64,000 bases of DNA, from contig CALGLP010000006.1 of assembly GCA_937930175.1 (NCBI GenBank), forward strand, positions 1,749 through 65,748. Direction: 5' to 3'. A program made the position numbers and the translations under genes. Source of the DNA: an uncultured bacterium. Its GTDB lineage: Bacteria > Omnitrophota > Gorgyraeia > Zapsychrales > Aceulaceae. Within the stretch, counting starts at the first letter, position 1. Each line of letters starts with the position of its first letter. The notes below the pieces were generated by a model. That model was not told the DNA's origin and searched no databases. It was given only the letters and a program-made list of their open reading frames with translations. Positions 17,950 to 28,000 of the stretch are shown here, piece by piece.

Positions 17950-19125
17950 ATGCTTAACTACAAAAAAGAACTTGAAAAAGCAAGCCGATTGATGATCCGG
18001 ATCCACGATCCGGGTATTTTGATCCGTTTGATTATCCGCATTATTGTCCGCAAGGTTGATGTCAAGCACGCGGGGGTTCTTCTTTTTGATGCTGCCCGCG
18101 ACTGTTACGTTCTTACGATCTCCGGCGGAGAGGCGGGCACGAGAATTCCTCAGGGTTTCGCGAAATTTGTTCCAGAGAATCCTTTGATTAGATTTTTCAC
18201 GGATAAAGAATATAAACTGATCGTTAAGAAGCGTGGGATCCTGACCTTAGAGAGCTTAAATCAAATGATTTGGGGGGAAAACATTTTTCCCCAGGCGCAA
18301 GAGCGAAAGGCCTTTTTGCAGAAGATTGCCGAGCAAATGGAGATGTTTAATGTCTCTGTCTGTATCCCAGCTTATTTTCGTGATCATTTAAGCGCTTTGC
18401 TTTTGTTGGGTGAGAAAGCCAATGCTAAGGTTTATCATCAGGATGAATTTGATTTTTTAGCCGCGCTATCCTCCGACGTGGCCATGGCGATTCAAAACGC
18501 GCAATTGATCGAGGATTTGCGCAAAGAGGTTGAAAAGAATAAAACCCTTTTTATCAACACAACGCTTTCGCTTGCCTCAGCTATCGAGGCCAAGGATCGC
18601 TATACGCGAGGCCATACCGAGCGGGTCACAAAGTTTGCGCTGGCGATCGCAGACGAACTTAATAGCAAGGGCATCATCCATCTACCCAAGAAATTCTTAA
18701 ACGATCTCTATATTGCGAGCCTTTTGCACGATATTGGAAAGATCGGCGTTCCTGAGCAAATTTTATCAAAAGAAACAAGGCTTACCGACGAAGAATTTAT
18801 CCAGATCAAGAAGCATCCTGAACGTGGTGCGGAGATCTTAAAGACGTTGCCAGAATTTGAAGAGTCGCTTAAAGGTGTCAAATATCATCACGAGCGCTAT
18901 GATGGCAAGGGATACCCTGAAGGGCTTAAAGGGGAAGAGATTCCTTTGATTGCTGCCATTGTCGCGGTTGCGGATACCTATGATGCTATGACCTCAGATC
19001 GAACATATCGCAAGGCTCTTTCGCGAGAAGCCGCGATTGCTGAGATTGACAAGAATGTTGGTATTCAATTTAATCCTGTTATTGCCCAGGCGTTTTTAGA
19101 AGTGTTAAAAAGAGAAGGAATATAG
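17950..19125 (+). CDS. HD-GYP domain c-di-GMP phosphodiesterase with N-terminal GAF-like domain
   Basis: HDIGKIGVP and HHERYDGKGYPEGL motifs. 391 aa. Confidence 0.85.
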   Translation: MLNYKKELEKASRLMIRIHDPGILIRLIIRIIVRKVDVKHAGVLLFDAARDCYVLTISGGEAGTRIPQGFAKFVPENPLIRFFTDKEYKLIVKKRGILTLESLNQMIWGENIFPQAQERKAFLQKIAEQMEMFNVSVCIPAYFRDHLSALLLLGEKANAKVYHQDEFDFLAALSSDVAMAIQNAQLIEDLRKEVEKNKTLFINTTLSLASAIEAKDRYTRGHTERVTKFALAIADELNSKGIIHLPKKFLNDLYIASLLHDIGKIGVPEQILSKETRLTDEEFIQIKKHPERGAEILKTLPEFEESLKGVKYHHERYDGKGYPEGLKGEEIPLIAAIVAVADTYDAMTSDRTYRKALSREAAIAEIDKNVGIQFNPVIAQAFLEVLKREGI

Positions 19126-19156
19126 TTTTTAGTGTCTTGGCACGATGTGCCAGATA

Positions 19157-20770
19157 CTAAATGCTGCTCTTTGTGGGTAGTTCAATGATAAATTTTGTTC
19201 CCTTTCCAGGTGTACTTTCTACCAAAATTCTTCCATTGTGATCTTCAATAATCCGCTGTGTAATGGAAAGTCCTAGGCCCGTGCCATGATCTTTTTTGGT
19301 ATAAAAGGGATCAAAGATGTGCTTGAGGTCTTTAGGCAAGATGCCGATACCTGTGTCTTCAACGATGATGGTGATCTTTTTTTCATGAGGTATTATCCCG
19401 ACAGATAGTTCTCCACCGGTGTTCATTGCGTCAATCGCGTTGAGGAGGATATTGAGAAGCGCCTGGCGAAGGCGGTTTAAGTCAGCGTTTATTAGAAAGT
19501 TGCTGTTGGGGGCGTATTTCCTAATGACCTTAATATTGTGCTTTAAGAAGTTGCTGTTAAGAAAATCAACTGTGTTGTCGACCAGTGAACAGATATCAAG
19601 GTTCTTTAAGTTTAAGGGGGATGGCTTGGCAAACTCAAGAAGTTCGTGCACAAGTTGGTCAATGCGATCAACCTCGCGTCCTACAATTTTAGAGAAATTT
19701 TTAAGAAACTCTTTATCGTCAAGTTTTTCTGGAAGGTATTCAGTGAACGTCTTGACAGCCGTCAGGGGATTGCGGATTTCGTGCGCAATGCCTCCTGCAA
19801 GGATGCCAATCGATTTTAGCTTTTCAGCGCGCAGGAGCTCTTCTTTAAGAAATTCGTTTTCATGCACAATTTCTTCATGAGTGCCGTGGAAAAAGAGTTT
19901 ATCGATGAAATTTTGTATTTTGTTTTTAAGTGGATAGAATATTACAGAAATAATCGCACAGGAAGAAACGGATGCAAACATCGTTTGATAGCCAGTTAGT
20001 TTCTGAAATATTTTCTCAAACACGATAACAAAGACTAGATAAATGATAGAAATTAAAGCTGCCAAAAGTGAGTAAGCAATGCTGCGCCTAAAGAAAATAT
20101 TTATTTCCATTAATTTGTGCTTGATGATTGCGTACATAAAGGTCAAGACAAAAATTGTTGCTGGTATGAAGCCAATAGGCCTTATGTTAATTGTATAATT
20201 TGGAAGAAAATCAAGTCCGGATAGGGTAAAAATTCCATAACCAATCAGGATGTATTTTATTTGAGATCGCTTTAAATCTGGTATTCTTTTATTTCTTGAT
20301 GCGATTACTAGAAAACTAAATGCAAATATGGCAATAAAGAGAAACATGATAAGAAAGTATGGATGCAGGATCCCTGCCCTAGGGTAGGGGCCCCACGGAT
20401 AGTTGTGCATGTTTGAAATGATTAAGTTACTTGTTAGGATGAGCGTGCACACAAAGATGCTATATGTATATATAACTATTAAATATTTTCTTAGATTTAA
20501 AAGATTTAGATATAGATAAACGAAATGAAAGATGAAGGCTGGAATTAAGGCGATGCCACAATATGAAATCCGTATCCAGAAGGGGATTTCTTCTCCCATA
20601 GACCCCTTGCATAACATAAGAAGGTAATATGACAACCAGGTGGTAACGGAAAGACACAAAAGAAAGAAGATTTGATTAATTCTTGACCAGAGCCCTTTGA
20701 GTAAAACAAAGATTCCAGAATTGAGAATTAAGGTTGCGCATATAAGTTGTGATATTAAGAGAATTTTCAT
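19157..20770 (-). CDS. Sensor histidine kinase with polytopic N-terminal membrane domain
   Basis: N-terminal multi-TM region. H-box GIAHEIRNPL. HATPase motifs NAIDAM, DTGIGI, GTGLGL. Confidence 0.8.
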   Translation of the reverse strand: MKILLISQLICATLILNSGIFVLLKGLWSRINQIFFLLCLSVTTWLSYYLLMLCKGSMGEEIPFWIRISYCGIALIPAFIFHFVYLYLNLLNLRKYLIVIYTYSIFVCTLILTSNLIISNMHNYPWGPYPRAGILHPYFLIMFLFIAIFAFSFLVIASRNKRIPDLKRSQIKYILIGYGIFTLSGLDFLPNYTINIRPIGFIPATIFVLTFMYAIIKHKLMEINIFFRRSIAYSLLAALISIIYLVFVIVFEKIFQKLTGYQTMFASVSSCAIISVIFYPLKNKIQNFIDKLFFHGTHEEIVHENEFLKEELLRAEKLKSIGILAGGIAHEIRNPLTAVKTFTEYLPEKLDDKEFLKNFSKIVGREVDRIDQLVHELLEFAKPSPLNLKNLDICSLVDNTVDFLNSNFLKHNIKVIRKYAPNSNFLINADLNRLRQALLNILLNAIDAMNTGGELSVGIIPHEKKITIIVEDTGIGILPKDLKHIFDPFYTKKDHGTGLGLSITQRIIEDHNGRILVESTPGKGTKFIIELPTKSSI

Positions 20771-20774
20771 ATTG

Positions 20775-20840
20775 TCTATAGGGCTTTTTTACCGCCTTCA
20801 ACACCTCTTCGGCGTTAAAAGGCTTGACGATATAGTCGCA
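20775..20840 (-). repeat. Remnant copy of receiver-gene 3' end (would encode ...DYIVKPFNAEEVLKAVK)
   Basis: About 52/55 nt identical to 21446-21500, the 3' end of the receiver CDS 21426..21788. Lies directly upstream of the kinase start. Confidence 0.6.
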
Positions 20841-20866
20841 AGCCAGCCAAGGCATTACGCCAACTC

Positions 20867-21112
20867 TTAAGCCTGAGCGACTTTGTGCAATATTTCAGAA
20901 ATAAACGTTTGGTATTTGACGCCGAGCTTTTCAGCCTTTTGTTTCAAGGTTCTGATGTCGTTGCTGTTGACCCGGATATTCAGGACAGCATCTTTTTTGC
21001 GCGCGGTAATGGCATTGACAATCTCTGTGTGTTCATCTTTGCCCAGAGGAATGAATTGTTCTAGGCTTTCTTCAATAAGCTTTTCTTCTTTTGTTAGTGT
21101 TATTTTTCTCAT
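20867..21112 (-). CDS. BrnA/CopG-like type II antitoxin
   Basis: 81 aa. Pattern ...NIRVNSNDIRTLKQKAEKLGVKYQTFISEILHK typical of BrnA-family antitoxins. Start overlaps the upstream toxin stop (ATGA). Confidence 0.6.
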   Translation of the reverse strand: MRKITLTKEEKLIEESLEQFIPLGKDEHTEIVNAITARKKDAVLNIRVNSNDIRTLKQKAEKLGVKYQTFISEILHKVAQA

Positions 21113-21369
21113 GATGTCTTTCCTTTTTTGTAAAGCTTCATTAGTTTTCTGCTTGGAAATATTGTTTTAAGGAAAATTTTGTTGCTCTCAACGACATAGG
21201 GCACTGCCCACAGGTATCCTTTGTGATCAAACACAAGGATTTATTGATGATCTTTTCCAAGGTTTTTTCGTATGTCAATGAGTCGGGCATGGATAATTTC
21301 TTCGAACGAGACTCCGCGCGTTCGTTTTAGCCGTTTACTTTTTAGTAAGTTCCACCTGATTTCTTTCAT
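21109..21369 (-). pseudogene. BrnT/DUF497-like toxin gene interrupted by an in-frame TAA
   Basis: Minus-strand translation MKEIRWNLLKSKRLKRTRGVSFEEIIHARLIDIRKNLGKDHQ*ILVFDHKGYLWAVPYVVESNKIFLKTIFPSRKLMKLYKKGKTS. The stop at 21241-21243 is in frame. Confidence 0.5.
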
Positions 21370-21425
21370 GGCTCTTCAGATGTATATACAATTGTAATAT
21401 ATTAGGATTTATTGTCAAAAGAAAA

Positions 21426-21788
21426 TTATTTCAATGAAGACTTTACCGCCTTTAACACCTCTTCGGCTTTAAAAGGCTTGACGATATAGCCGCAAGCTCC
21501 CAGGCGCACTGCTTCTTCAACCGTTTCGACCGATTTGTATCCTGTGATCATGATGATTTTAAGGCTGGGGCGCAGTTCCTTCATCTTTTCCAAGACTTCA
21601 AGGCCATTGATTTTTGGCATTTTGATATCCATTAAAACAAGGCTAATGTCAGGCGCATTCTTGATGCAGTCGAGGGCTTGAAGCCCATCTTCGGTCAGGA
21701 TGAGGTTATGTTGGTCGCCTAAGATTAGCTTGAGCGATTCCCTGACACCGAGTTCATCATCGACGATAAGGATTTTTTTGTTTAGCAT
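21426..21788 (-). CDS. Single-domain response regulator (receiver only)
   Basis: ILIVDDE, LMDIKMP, MITG, VKPF motifs. 120 aa. Confidence 0.85.
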   Translation of the reverse strand: MLNKKILIVDDELGVRESLKLILGDQHNLILTEDGLQALDCIKNAPDISLVLMDIKMPKINGLEVLEKMKELRPSLKIIMITGYKSVETVEEAVRLGACGYIVKPFKAEEVLKAVKSSLK

Positions 21789-21819
21789 AGAGCTCTCCTT
21801 GTATTGATAGGGCTATTTT

Positions 21820-22386
21820 TTATAATTGCACCGGAGACACGATCACAATCGCCTTAGCCAGGCTTTGGCTATTATTAATAAATTGATGCTTTTCATCCGC
21901 GGAAAAATAGAGTGAATTCTTGGGCGAGAGATCATAGCTTTTGTCCGCTATCTTAACGCAAAGGGTTCCCTCCAAGACAAAGACAAATTTCTCGCTTGTT
22001 TTCTGGCAAACTTCAATGTTTGTCTGCCCCCCAGGGTCAACTCTAAGCAGGGTAGGCATCATTTTCTTGGTAAGGATTTTATTGGTCAAGATTTCATAAG
22101 AAGATTTCTCGTTGTAATTAAAAACATCCGCCAAGCTCTCGTTACTCAGGACTTCTATTTTGTTTTCGTGCTTTGTCTCGGTCTTAACATCCTGATAAAG
22201 TTCGGTCAAGTCAATGCCGAAGGCTTGAGCGATCTGGATGTGCGACTCAAGGGTTCCTGTCATCTTTTGGTTTTCTATGCGGCTTAGGGTCGCGATCTGT
22301 ACACCACTTTTTTCTGCAAGCTCGGTTAAGGACATTTTTCTTGTCTTGCGCAATTCTTTTATTTTTGATCCGATCAAAACAATCAC
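21820..22386 (-). CDS. XRE-family HTH transcriptional regulator with C-terminal cupin domain
   Basis: N-terminal HTH (LRKTRKMSLTELAEKSGVQIATLSRIEN). C-terminal cupin-like beta region. 188 aa. Confidence 0.8.
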   Translation of the reverse strand: MIVLIGSKIKELRKTRKMSLTELAEKSGVQIATLSRIENQKMTGTLESHIQIAQAFGIDLTELYQDVKTETKHENKIEVLSNESLADVFNYNEKSSYEILTNKILTKKMMPTLLRVDPGGQTNIEVCQKTSEKFVFVLEGTLCVKIADKSYDLSPKNSLYFSADEKHQFINNSQSLAKAIVIVSPVQL

Positions 22387-22631
22387 CTTCCTTCCTTTAT
22401 ATAGGGGTAAAACAAGCGTTAGAAACTAAAGAACAATTAAATTTTGCCATCTGAATTGTTGTGCGATAAGCGATGCGAATTCATTAATCATCTTGAAATA
22501 ATGATAGCATATTTTGATTAATAGTCAATATTAATTTAGCAAAAATCAAAATAATTTTTTTTGAAAAATATGATTTTTTAAATAAGTTTATGTAAGTTGT
22601 TGTAATTAATGAATTTATAATTTTGCATATG

Positions 22632-22650
22632 ATTTGATTAAAAATCAAAT
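22632..22650. promoter_or_regulatory. Near-perfect palindrome ATTTGATTAAAAATCAAAT (candidate operator) in AT-rich divergent intergenic region
   Basis: Palindrome read directly. Related half-sites (aaaaatcaaaataat, aataatcaaacatgtgat) nearby. Adjacent to the XRE regulator gene. Confidence 0.35.
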
Positions 22651-22655
22651 ATATG

Positions 22656-22684
22656 TTGACAAATAATCAAACATGTGATATATT
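22656..22684 (+). promoter_or_regulatory. Sigma70-like promoter candidate (TTGACA - 17 nt - TATATT)
   Basis: -35 at 22656-22661, -10 at 22679-22684 with 17-nt spacer. Oriented towards the genes starting at 22745/22974. Confidence 0.4.
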
Positions 22685-22973
22685 TTGTTCTGCAGTTAAT
22701 CGCGATAGAAAAATCCATGATCTTTTAACAGCCCTTGAATTGACATGAATAACTCAAGAAATATTTTCTTCCGATCAAGTAACATTGTCATTATCTATAC
22801 CGCATTAAGAATTCTCCTTGCCATGGAAAAGCAGTTAGGGCTTGAAGCCATGCTTGAGTATCATCGTAAATACATTCAAGTTATCGATGGAAACAATCCC
22901 GTCTTGAAGCACGCGGTTAATCGCGCGTTATCCCTCATTAGTGTTGAAAAAATTTACAAGGAGTCCTTTCCCT

Positions 22974-24608
22974 ATGAGAACTAAGGTCATGATTTCAATG
23001 TTTTTGGGTTTGATGTTCGTGGTTTCCATTTATGGTTTTTCTGGCAATTTTGAAAGCGATAATCTTCCAAAGCCTGAAGGCGTTGAGCAGATGCCAGGCC
23101 TTGGTTCGTTGTCTTGGGAAAAAGTTGGCCACGGAATAAGCGAGGCAGAGGTAACAGCGATTGCTGTTAGTGTTTCGGCGCGTCCTGTCCTATACGCTGG
23201 AACTTCAAAGGCAATCTATCGATTGACAACTGGCGCGAACAGTTACCTCGCTTCGCTTTATTTAGAAGGGAGCCAGCGCCAGGTTAATGATCTTTATGTG
23301 GATGGAGAGGATCAGTCTGCTTATGCGGCAACAGACTCAGGATTGTACGTTAGCCGCGATGAAGGCAAGTCTTGGAAAAAGATTTATTTTTCAAAAGAGA
23401 GTAAGGTGCAGCAATGCCTTTGCGTTGTCGTGAGCGGCGCGCGCATTTTTCTAGGGACATCCCGAGGGCTTTTGGTTAGTGATAAGAACATGATTAGCTG
23501 GAAAGAAGTGGATGGTTATTTTAAGAATAAGTCTATTTTTGGCCTTTGTGCAAATAGCGAGTTTGTTTATGTGGCCTTGGGGAGTCATGTCTATCAATTT
23601 GGAAAAGATTTTACGAGCCCCAAAAGAGTTTTTTCTCTTTCTTCGCATGAGATCGATATGGATATATCGGTTGAAGAATCAGTCGATGAGCCGCTTATCC
23701 GTTGCCTGGTTGCCGCGGAGGGTCATCCTTCAGGGATTTGGATTGTTTCAGCACAAGGTATTTTTTATTCCGATGATTCTGCTCAGAATTGGACGCGACT
23801 TGGGCAGGGCAGTCTTTCGTTAAAAGAAATCCGATCCGCGGTTTATGCCAGGGAGATGTTTTTTATTGCAGGGGAAGACGGCGCGTATGTTTTGAGAAAT
23901 AATATTTGGCAGCCTATTTATCAAGGTGCTGAAACTAGTCATTTTAATCACTTGGCCAAGGACGCCGAAGGTGATGTTTATGCGGCAACAGATAAAGGTG
24001 TTTTTCATCTTGTTGTTAGATCTGCTGATGCCCCAGCACCAACGCGTTCATTATCACGAAACGATGAAAGTTTTGCTAATGAGCCAACGATCCGCGATGT
24101 GCAGAAAATGGCGATTGATTACGCGCAAGTGGATCCAGAAAAGATCAAACAGTGGCAAGTGCGAGCACGGAATAAGGCCTGGTTGCCAGATTTTTCGATA
24201 GGAGTGAACGGGGATAAAAATCGGACGCTTTCTGATAATGTGTATGGCAGCTATACCGGTGGAGGGCAATCGTATGTGGGGCCTCGCGATAAGACGTTTT
24301 ATAATAATTTTGGTTGGGATGCTTCGCTTTCATGGGATTTGGGAGAGCTCATCTGGACCTCGGATCAGACATCAATTGATTCGCGATCGAAGTTGATGAC
24401 GGAGCTGCGTGAAGATATCTTGAATGAAGTGACACGCCTGTATTTTGAACGACGACGGCTTCAGTATGAAATATTACGAGATGCGAGCAATGTTTCCGAT
24501 GGCGATATGGAAAAGAACATGCGCCTTGAAGAGCTGACGGCATTGATTGACGCGCTGACCGGAGGACAATTTAGCCATGTCATCTTCGCATTGGATCAGC
24601 GTATTTGA
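22974..24608 (+). CDS. Exported beta-propeller-like protein with BNR/Ycf48-like repeats
   Basis: Start chosen at the ATG after AAGGAG. Signal/TM stretch MISMFLGLMFVVSIYG. Repeated S/TxDxGxxW-like units (SRDEGKSWKKI, SDKNMISWKEV, SDDSAQNWTRL). Confidence 0.5.
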   Translation: MRTKVMISMFLGLMFVVSIYGFSGNFESDNLPKPEGVEQMPGLGSLSWEKVGHGISEAEVTAIAVSVSARPVLYAGTSKAIYRLTTGANSYLASLYLEGSQRQVNDLYVDGEDQSAYAATDSGLYVSRDEGKSWKKIYFSKESKVQQCLCVVVSGARIFLGTSRGLLVSDKNMISWKEVDGYFKNKSIFGLCANSEFVYVALGSHVYQFGKDFTSPKRVFSLSSHEIDMDISVEESVDEPLIRCLVAAEGHPSGIWIVSAQGIFYSDDSAQNWTRLGQGSLSLKEIRSAVYAREMFFIAGEDGAYVLRNNIWQPIYQGAETSHFNHLAKDAEGDVYAATDKGVFHLVVRSADAPAPTRSLSRNDESFANEPTIRDVQKMAIDYAQVDPEKIKQWQVRARNKAWLPDFSIGVNGDKNRTLSDNVYGSYTGGGQSYVGPRDKTFYNNFGWDASLSWDLGELIWTSDQTSIDSRSKLMTELREDILNEVTRLYFERRRLQYEILRDASNVSDGDMEKNMRLEELTALIDALTGGQFSHVIFALDQRI

Positions 24609-24670
24609 GAGAGCGCTTGGGTTATCAATAGAATCTATTCTCACTAACAGCTGCGAGAAAAGGAGGGACT

Positions 24671-24964
24671 ATGCATGTGAGAAAAATCTTCATCGCAGGG
24701 TTGTGTTTATTGTTTTTGGCGGTCAATAGCTTGGCCTTTGCTGAAGACGTTTACATAACTCAAAACGGCAAGAAATATCACAAGGCTGATTGCCGGTTTA
24801 TCAAGGATCGAGAGACGCAAAAGATTGACAAGCAAGAGGCGATCCAGCAAGGGCACGTGCCTTGTCAGAAATGCTATAGCGAAGATTTGGCAGCTGAGAA
24901 GAACAGCAACGTCAACGAAAAGACAACAAAAAGTAAGAAAACAAAAAATCAGAAAGACGGATAG
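24671..24964 (+). CDS. Small secreted protein with Ada-like Cys/His metal-binding motif
   Basis: Signal peptide (LLFLAVNSLAFA). KYHKADC...GHVPCQKC arrangement. Lys-rich tail. 97 aa. Confidence 0.45.
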   Translation: MHVRKIFIAGLCLLFLAVNSLAFAEDVYITQNGKKYHKADCRFIKDRETQKIDKQEAIQQGHVPCQKCYSEDLAAEKNSNVNEKTTKSKKTKNQKDG

Positions 24965-25070
24965 TCAAGGTAGGCGTTTACCTGGCTGGTAGCTGTTAGT
25001 GAAATAGATTAAGGTGAAGTTCGTTTTGGCCAAGACATCATTTGATATTTTCGATAACAAGGAGGGCCAG

Positions 25071-28000
25071 ATGCAAAAGAGAAGAATTTTTATCGCGTTG
25101 GTTGTTTTGTCTTTGATCTTTAGTTCACCTAAGCTTTGGGCTGCCGCGAGTCAAGAGGGACCAAAATCTCAACAGCAAGTTTTCTCAACAGAAGATAAGT
25201 CTCAGCCCGCAGAGCAAGGATTTTCTCTCAAAAAAGAACAGTTATCGACGAGCGATGCGAAGTCTTCTCCTGCTGCTCTTTATGAGGACAGAGCTTTTCA
25301 ATCCGTTGAAAGGCTTGACGTTGATCCTGCCACAGGAACCGCGACTGTTGGGATTCCTATTTCTGTTCCATTAGGGCGCGCTGGCATCCAGCCATCGATT
25401 GCCTTGGCGTATAATTCTAGTTTTTCTAATGGGCTTATGGGTATGGGCTGGAGTCTTGAATTTGGCAAAATAAGCCGATCAACTAAATATGGCATGCCCA
25501 CCTATACTAATACCGATTGTTTTGTTTTGACACATTCTGGATCCCGACAAGAGTTGGTTGACGTAAGCGGCAATGCCACGCTGTTTCGCCCTGAGATTGA
25601 TGATGCCTTTATGAAGATAGAATTTGTCAACGGTTCGTATTGGCGGGTGACGGATAAAAAAGGTATTGGTTATTATTTTGGTCAGACCGCAGCGTCGCAG
25701 ATCGTTGATCCAAGCAACAGTGCGAATGTTTTTGAGTGGTATTTAGACAAGGTTGAAGATATGTATGGCAATGACATGAGCTTAACGTACATCAAGGATC
25801 AAAACCAGATTTATCCCTATCAGATTCACTATACGGGAAATACTCCGGGAAATTTATTACCTTTCGCAACCATTGAATTTGAGACGGAAAGCAGGCCAGA
25901 CACGATGTTTTCTTACTTGACGCGTTTTTTGATTAGAACAGAGAAGCGTATATCAGCTGTGAAAGTTTTTGCTCAAGGCGTTCTTCAGCGAAAATATCAA
26001 CTCGTTTATTCGCAGAGTCCTATGACGCAGCGATCGCTTCTTTCACAGGTTATTCAATACGGCGCTGATGGCGTGAGCAGTTTGCCAGCAACGACGTTTA
26101 CTTACCAGCAAGGGGATAAAGGATTTCAGGTTGCCTCCGGATGGAATATTCCGGCAAATGCTAAATTTGCTGAATACCAGCAGGGTAATCGTTATGCGGA
26201 TTTGGGCGTGCGCATTGCGGATGTCAACTCCGACGGCTATCCAGACCTTCTTCGCTATCATCAGTATAGCAATGGAACGACAATCCGAGAGACATTTTTG
26301 CATAATAAGAACCAAGGATGGGAGGCCTCATCTGCAGAGTGGAAGTTTCCAGCGAGCTTGGCTAATTTCTTATTAACCGCTCCAGAGATCGATAAGGCTT
26401 TTGGACTTTGTCTTGCGGATGTTAACGGCGATGGGTGGGTTGATCTTTTTCGCCACTTTCAGGATCATCCGGCGAATGCAGGGGGAGTGATTACCAATCA
26501 AGCTTTTATTAATAACCATGTTAATGGATGGGATCTTGATGCGAGCTGGCAACTTCCTGAGGAGGGTGTTTTGCCGATCAACTGGGTTGTTTCCCAGTCG
26601 GGTTATTTTTATCATGAATATACGGGCAACATCATCGACGATGTTAATGGTGATGGCTTTGCGGATTATGTGAAATCAAAAAAAGAGGGATTTGGACCTC
26701 AAGCGCATATGACGTTTATCAACAAGAAGCCTTTAGCAGGTGGATGGACTTATAATAGTGCGTGGAATACGCAAGATTCGATTTACACTGATTTTGCTCA
26801 TGGCGCTATTCTTGCTGATCTTAATGGTGATAATTTGAAAGATATCATGTATTCAAAAGAGGGAATAATCAAAGTTTTTATTAATAACGGAGCAACGTGG
26901 TATGAAGACGACAGTTCTCCGTGGAAAAATGAGTTTGGGTATACAAATTTCAGCGATGGATCAACGCAGTGTGCGGATATTAATGGAGATGGATTAGTGG
27001 ATTTGATTGTCTCCAGCGACGCGTCCGAGAAAGCCTTGCTTAACAATGGTCAAGGGTGGGTCTTAGATTATGCTTGGGTTGTTCCTGGTAATTTAAAAAG
27101 TAATGGCACTAAGCTTCTTGATGCCGATGCCGATGGCATGTTGGATGTTGTGAAACATTTTAATGGAACGACTCCGGAAGTTTACTTGAGCAGGGGCAAG
27201 GTCCCGGATCTTTTAGTTGAAATGAACAATGGCATGGGTGGGGCAAGAGTGATCAGCTATGATTCTGCCTGTCATTACAATAATGATTTTTTTCCTTTTG
27301 CCGCGCAGGTTGTTCAATCGTTAACCCTTAGCAGCGGAGATGGGGATTCGTATACAACCTATTATACGTATGGCCATGGGTTGTGGAGTGCGAGCAAGCG
27401 AGAGTCGCGTGGTTTTGGTTATGTGAAAGTCATGGAAGCAGAGGGTAATTACAGCGAGACCTATATGCATCAGGATGACATTTATAAGGGAAAGATTGAT
27501 CGTCAGGAACATTATGATGGGAGCGGAAATCTTTTTTCCAAGGCCGTTTATCAGTGGAATCATCAACAGCTTGATCCGAGTGTTTTTTTTGTTTATCTTG
27601 AGCAGGTGGATCAATTTGTTTATGATGGAAATACGACGGGCGTGCGAACGCAGGAAAAATATTTTTATGAAGAGTCGCCACAATATGGCAATGCTACAAA
27701 GACCGTTCAGCTGGGCAGGGTGGATCTCACAACCGGAGAGGACATGGGTGTTGATAGCCGAACGGTTGAGGCAGCCTATCATAACAATGTAGAAAGTGGT
27801 CATTGGTTTATTGGGATTCCTAAACAAGTTATTGTTAAGGATGATGGGGGTACACAAGTTCGCAAGAGTTGGTTTTATTATGATGGCAGCAATGATATTA
27901 ATGCCTTGCCGGTTAAAGGGGCACTGACAAAAAAGCAGTTTTGGGCTGGCAATGATCCTGGCGCGGTTGACCCTGTTACGGAATACACCTACGACCCTTA

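Noticed and set aside
22745-22984. 79-aa ORF upstream of the beta-propeller gene
   Set aside because: No recognisable motifs. It overlaps the RBS/start of the next gene. It could be a small leader peptide, but the support is too weak to annotate.
25014-25070. Upstream extension of the Rhs ORF (MKFVLAKTSFDIFDNKEGQ)
   Set aside because: The ATG at 25071 is preceded by a GGAGGG RBS and begins a typical signal peptide. The extension lacks an RBS.
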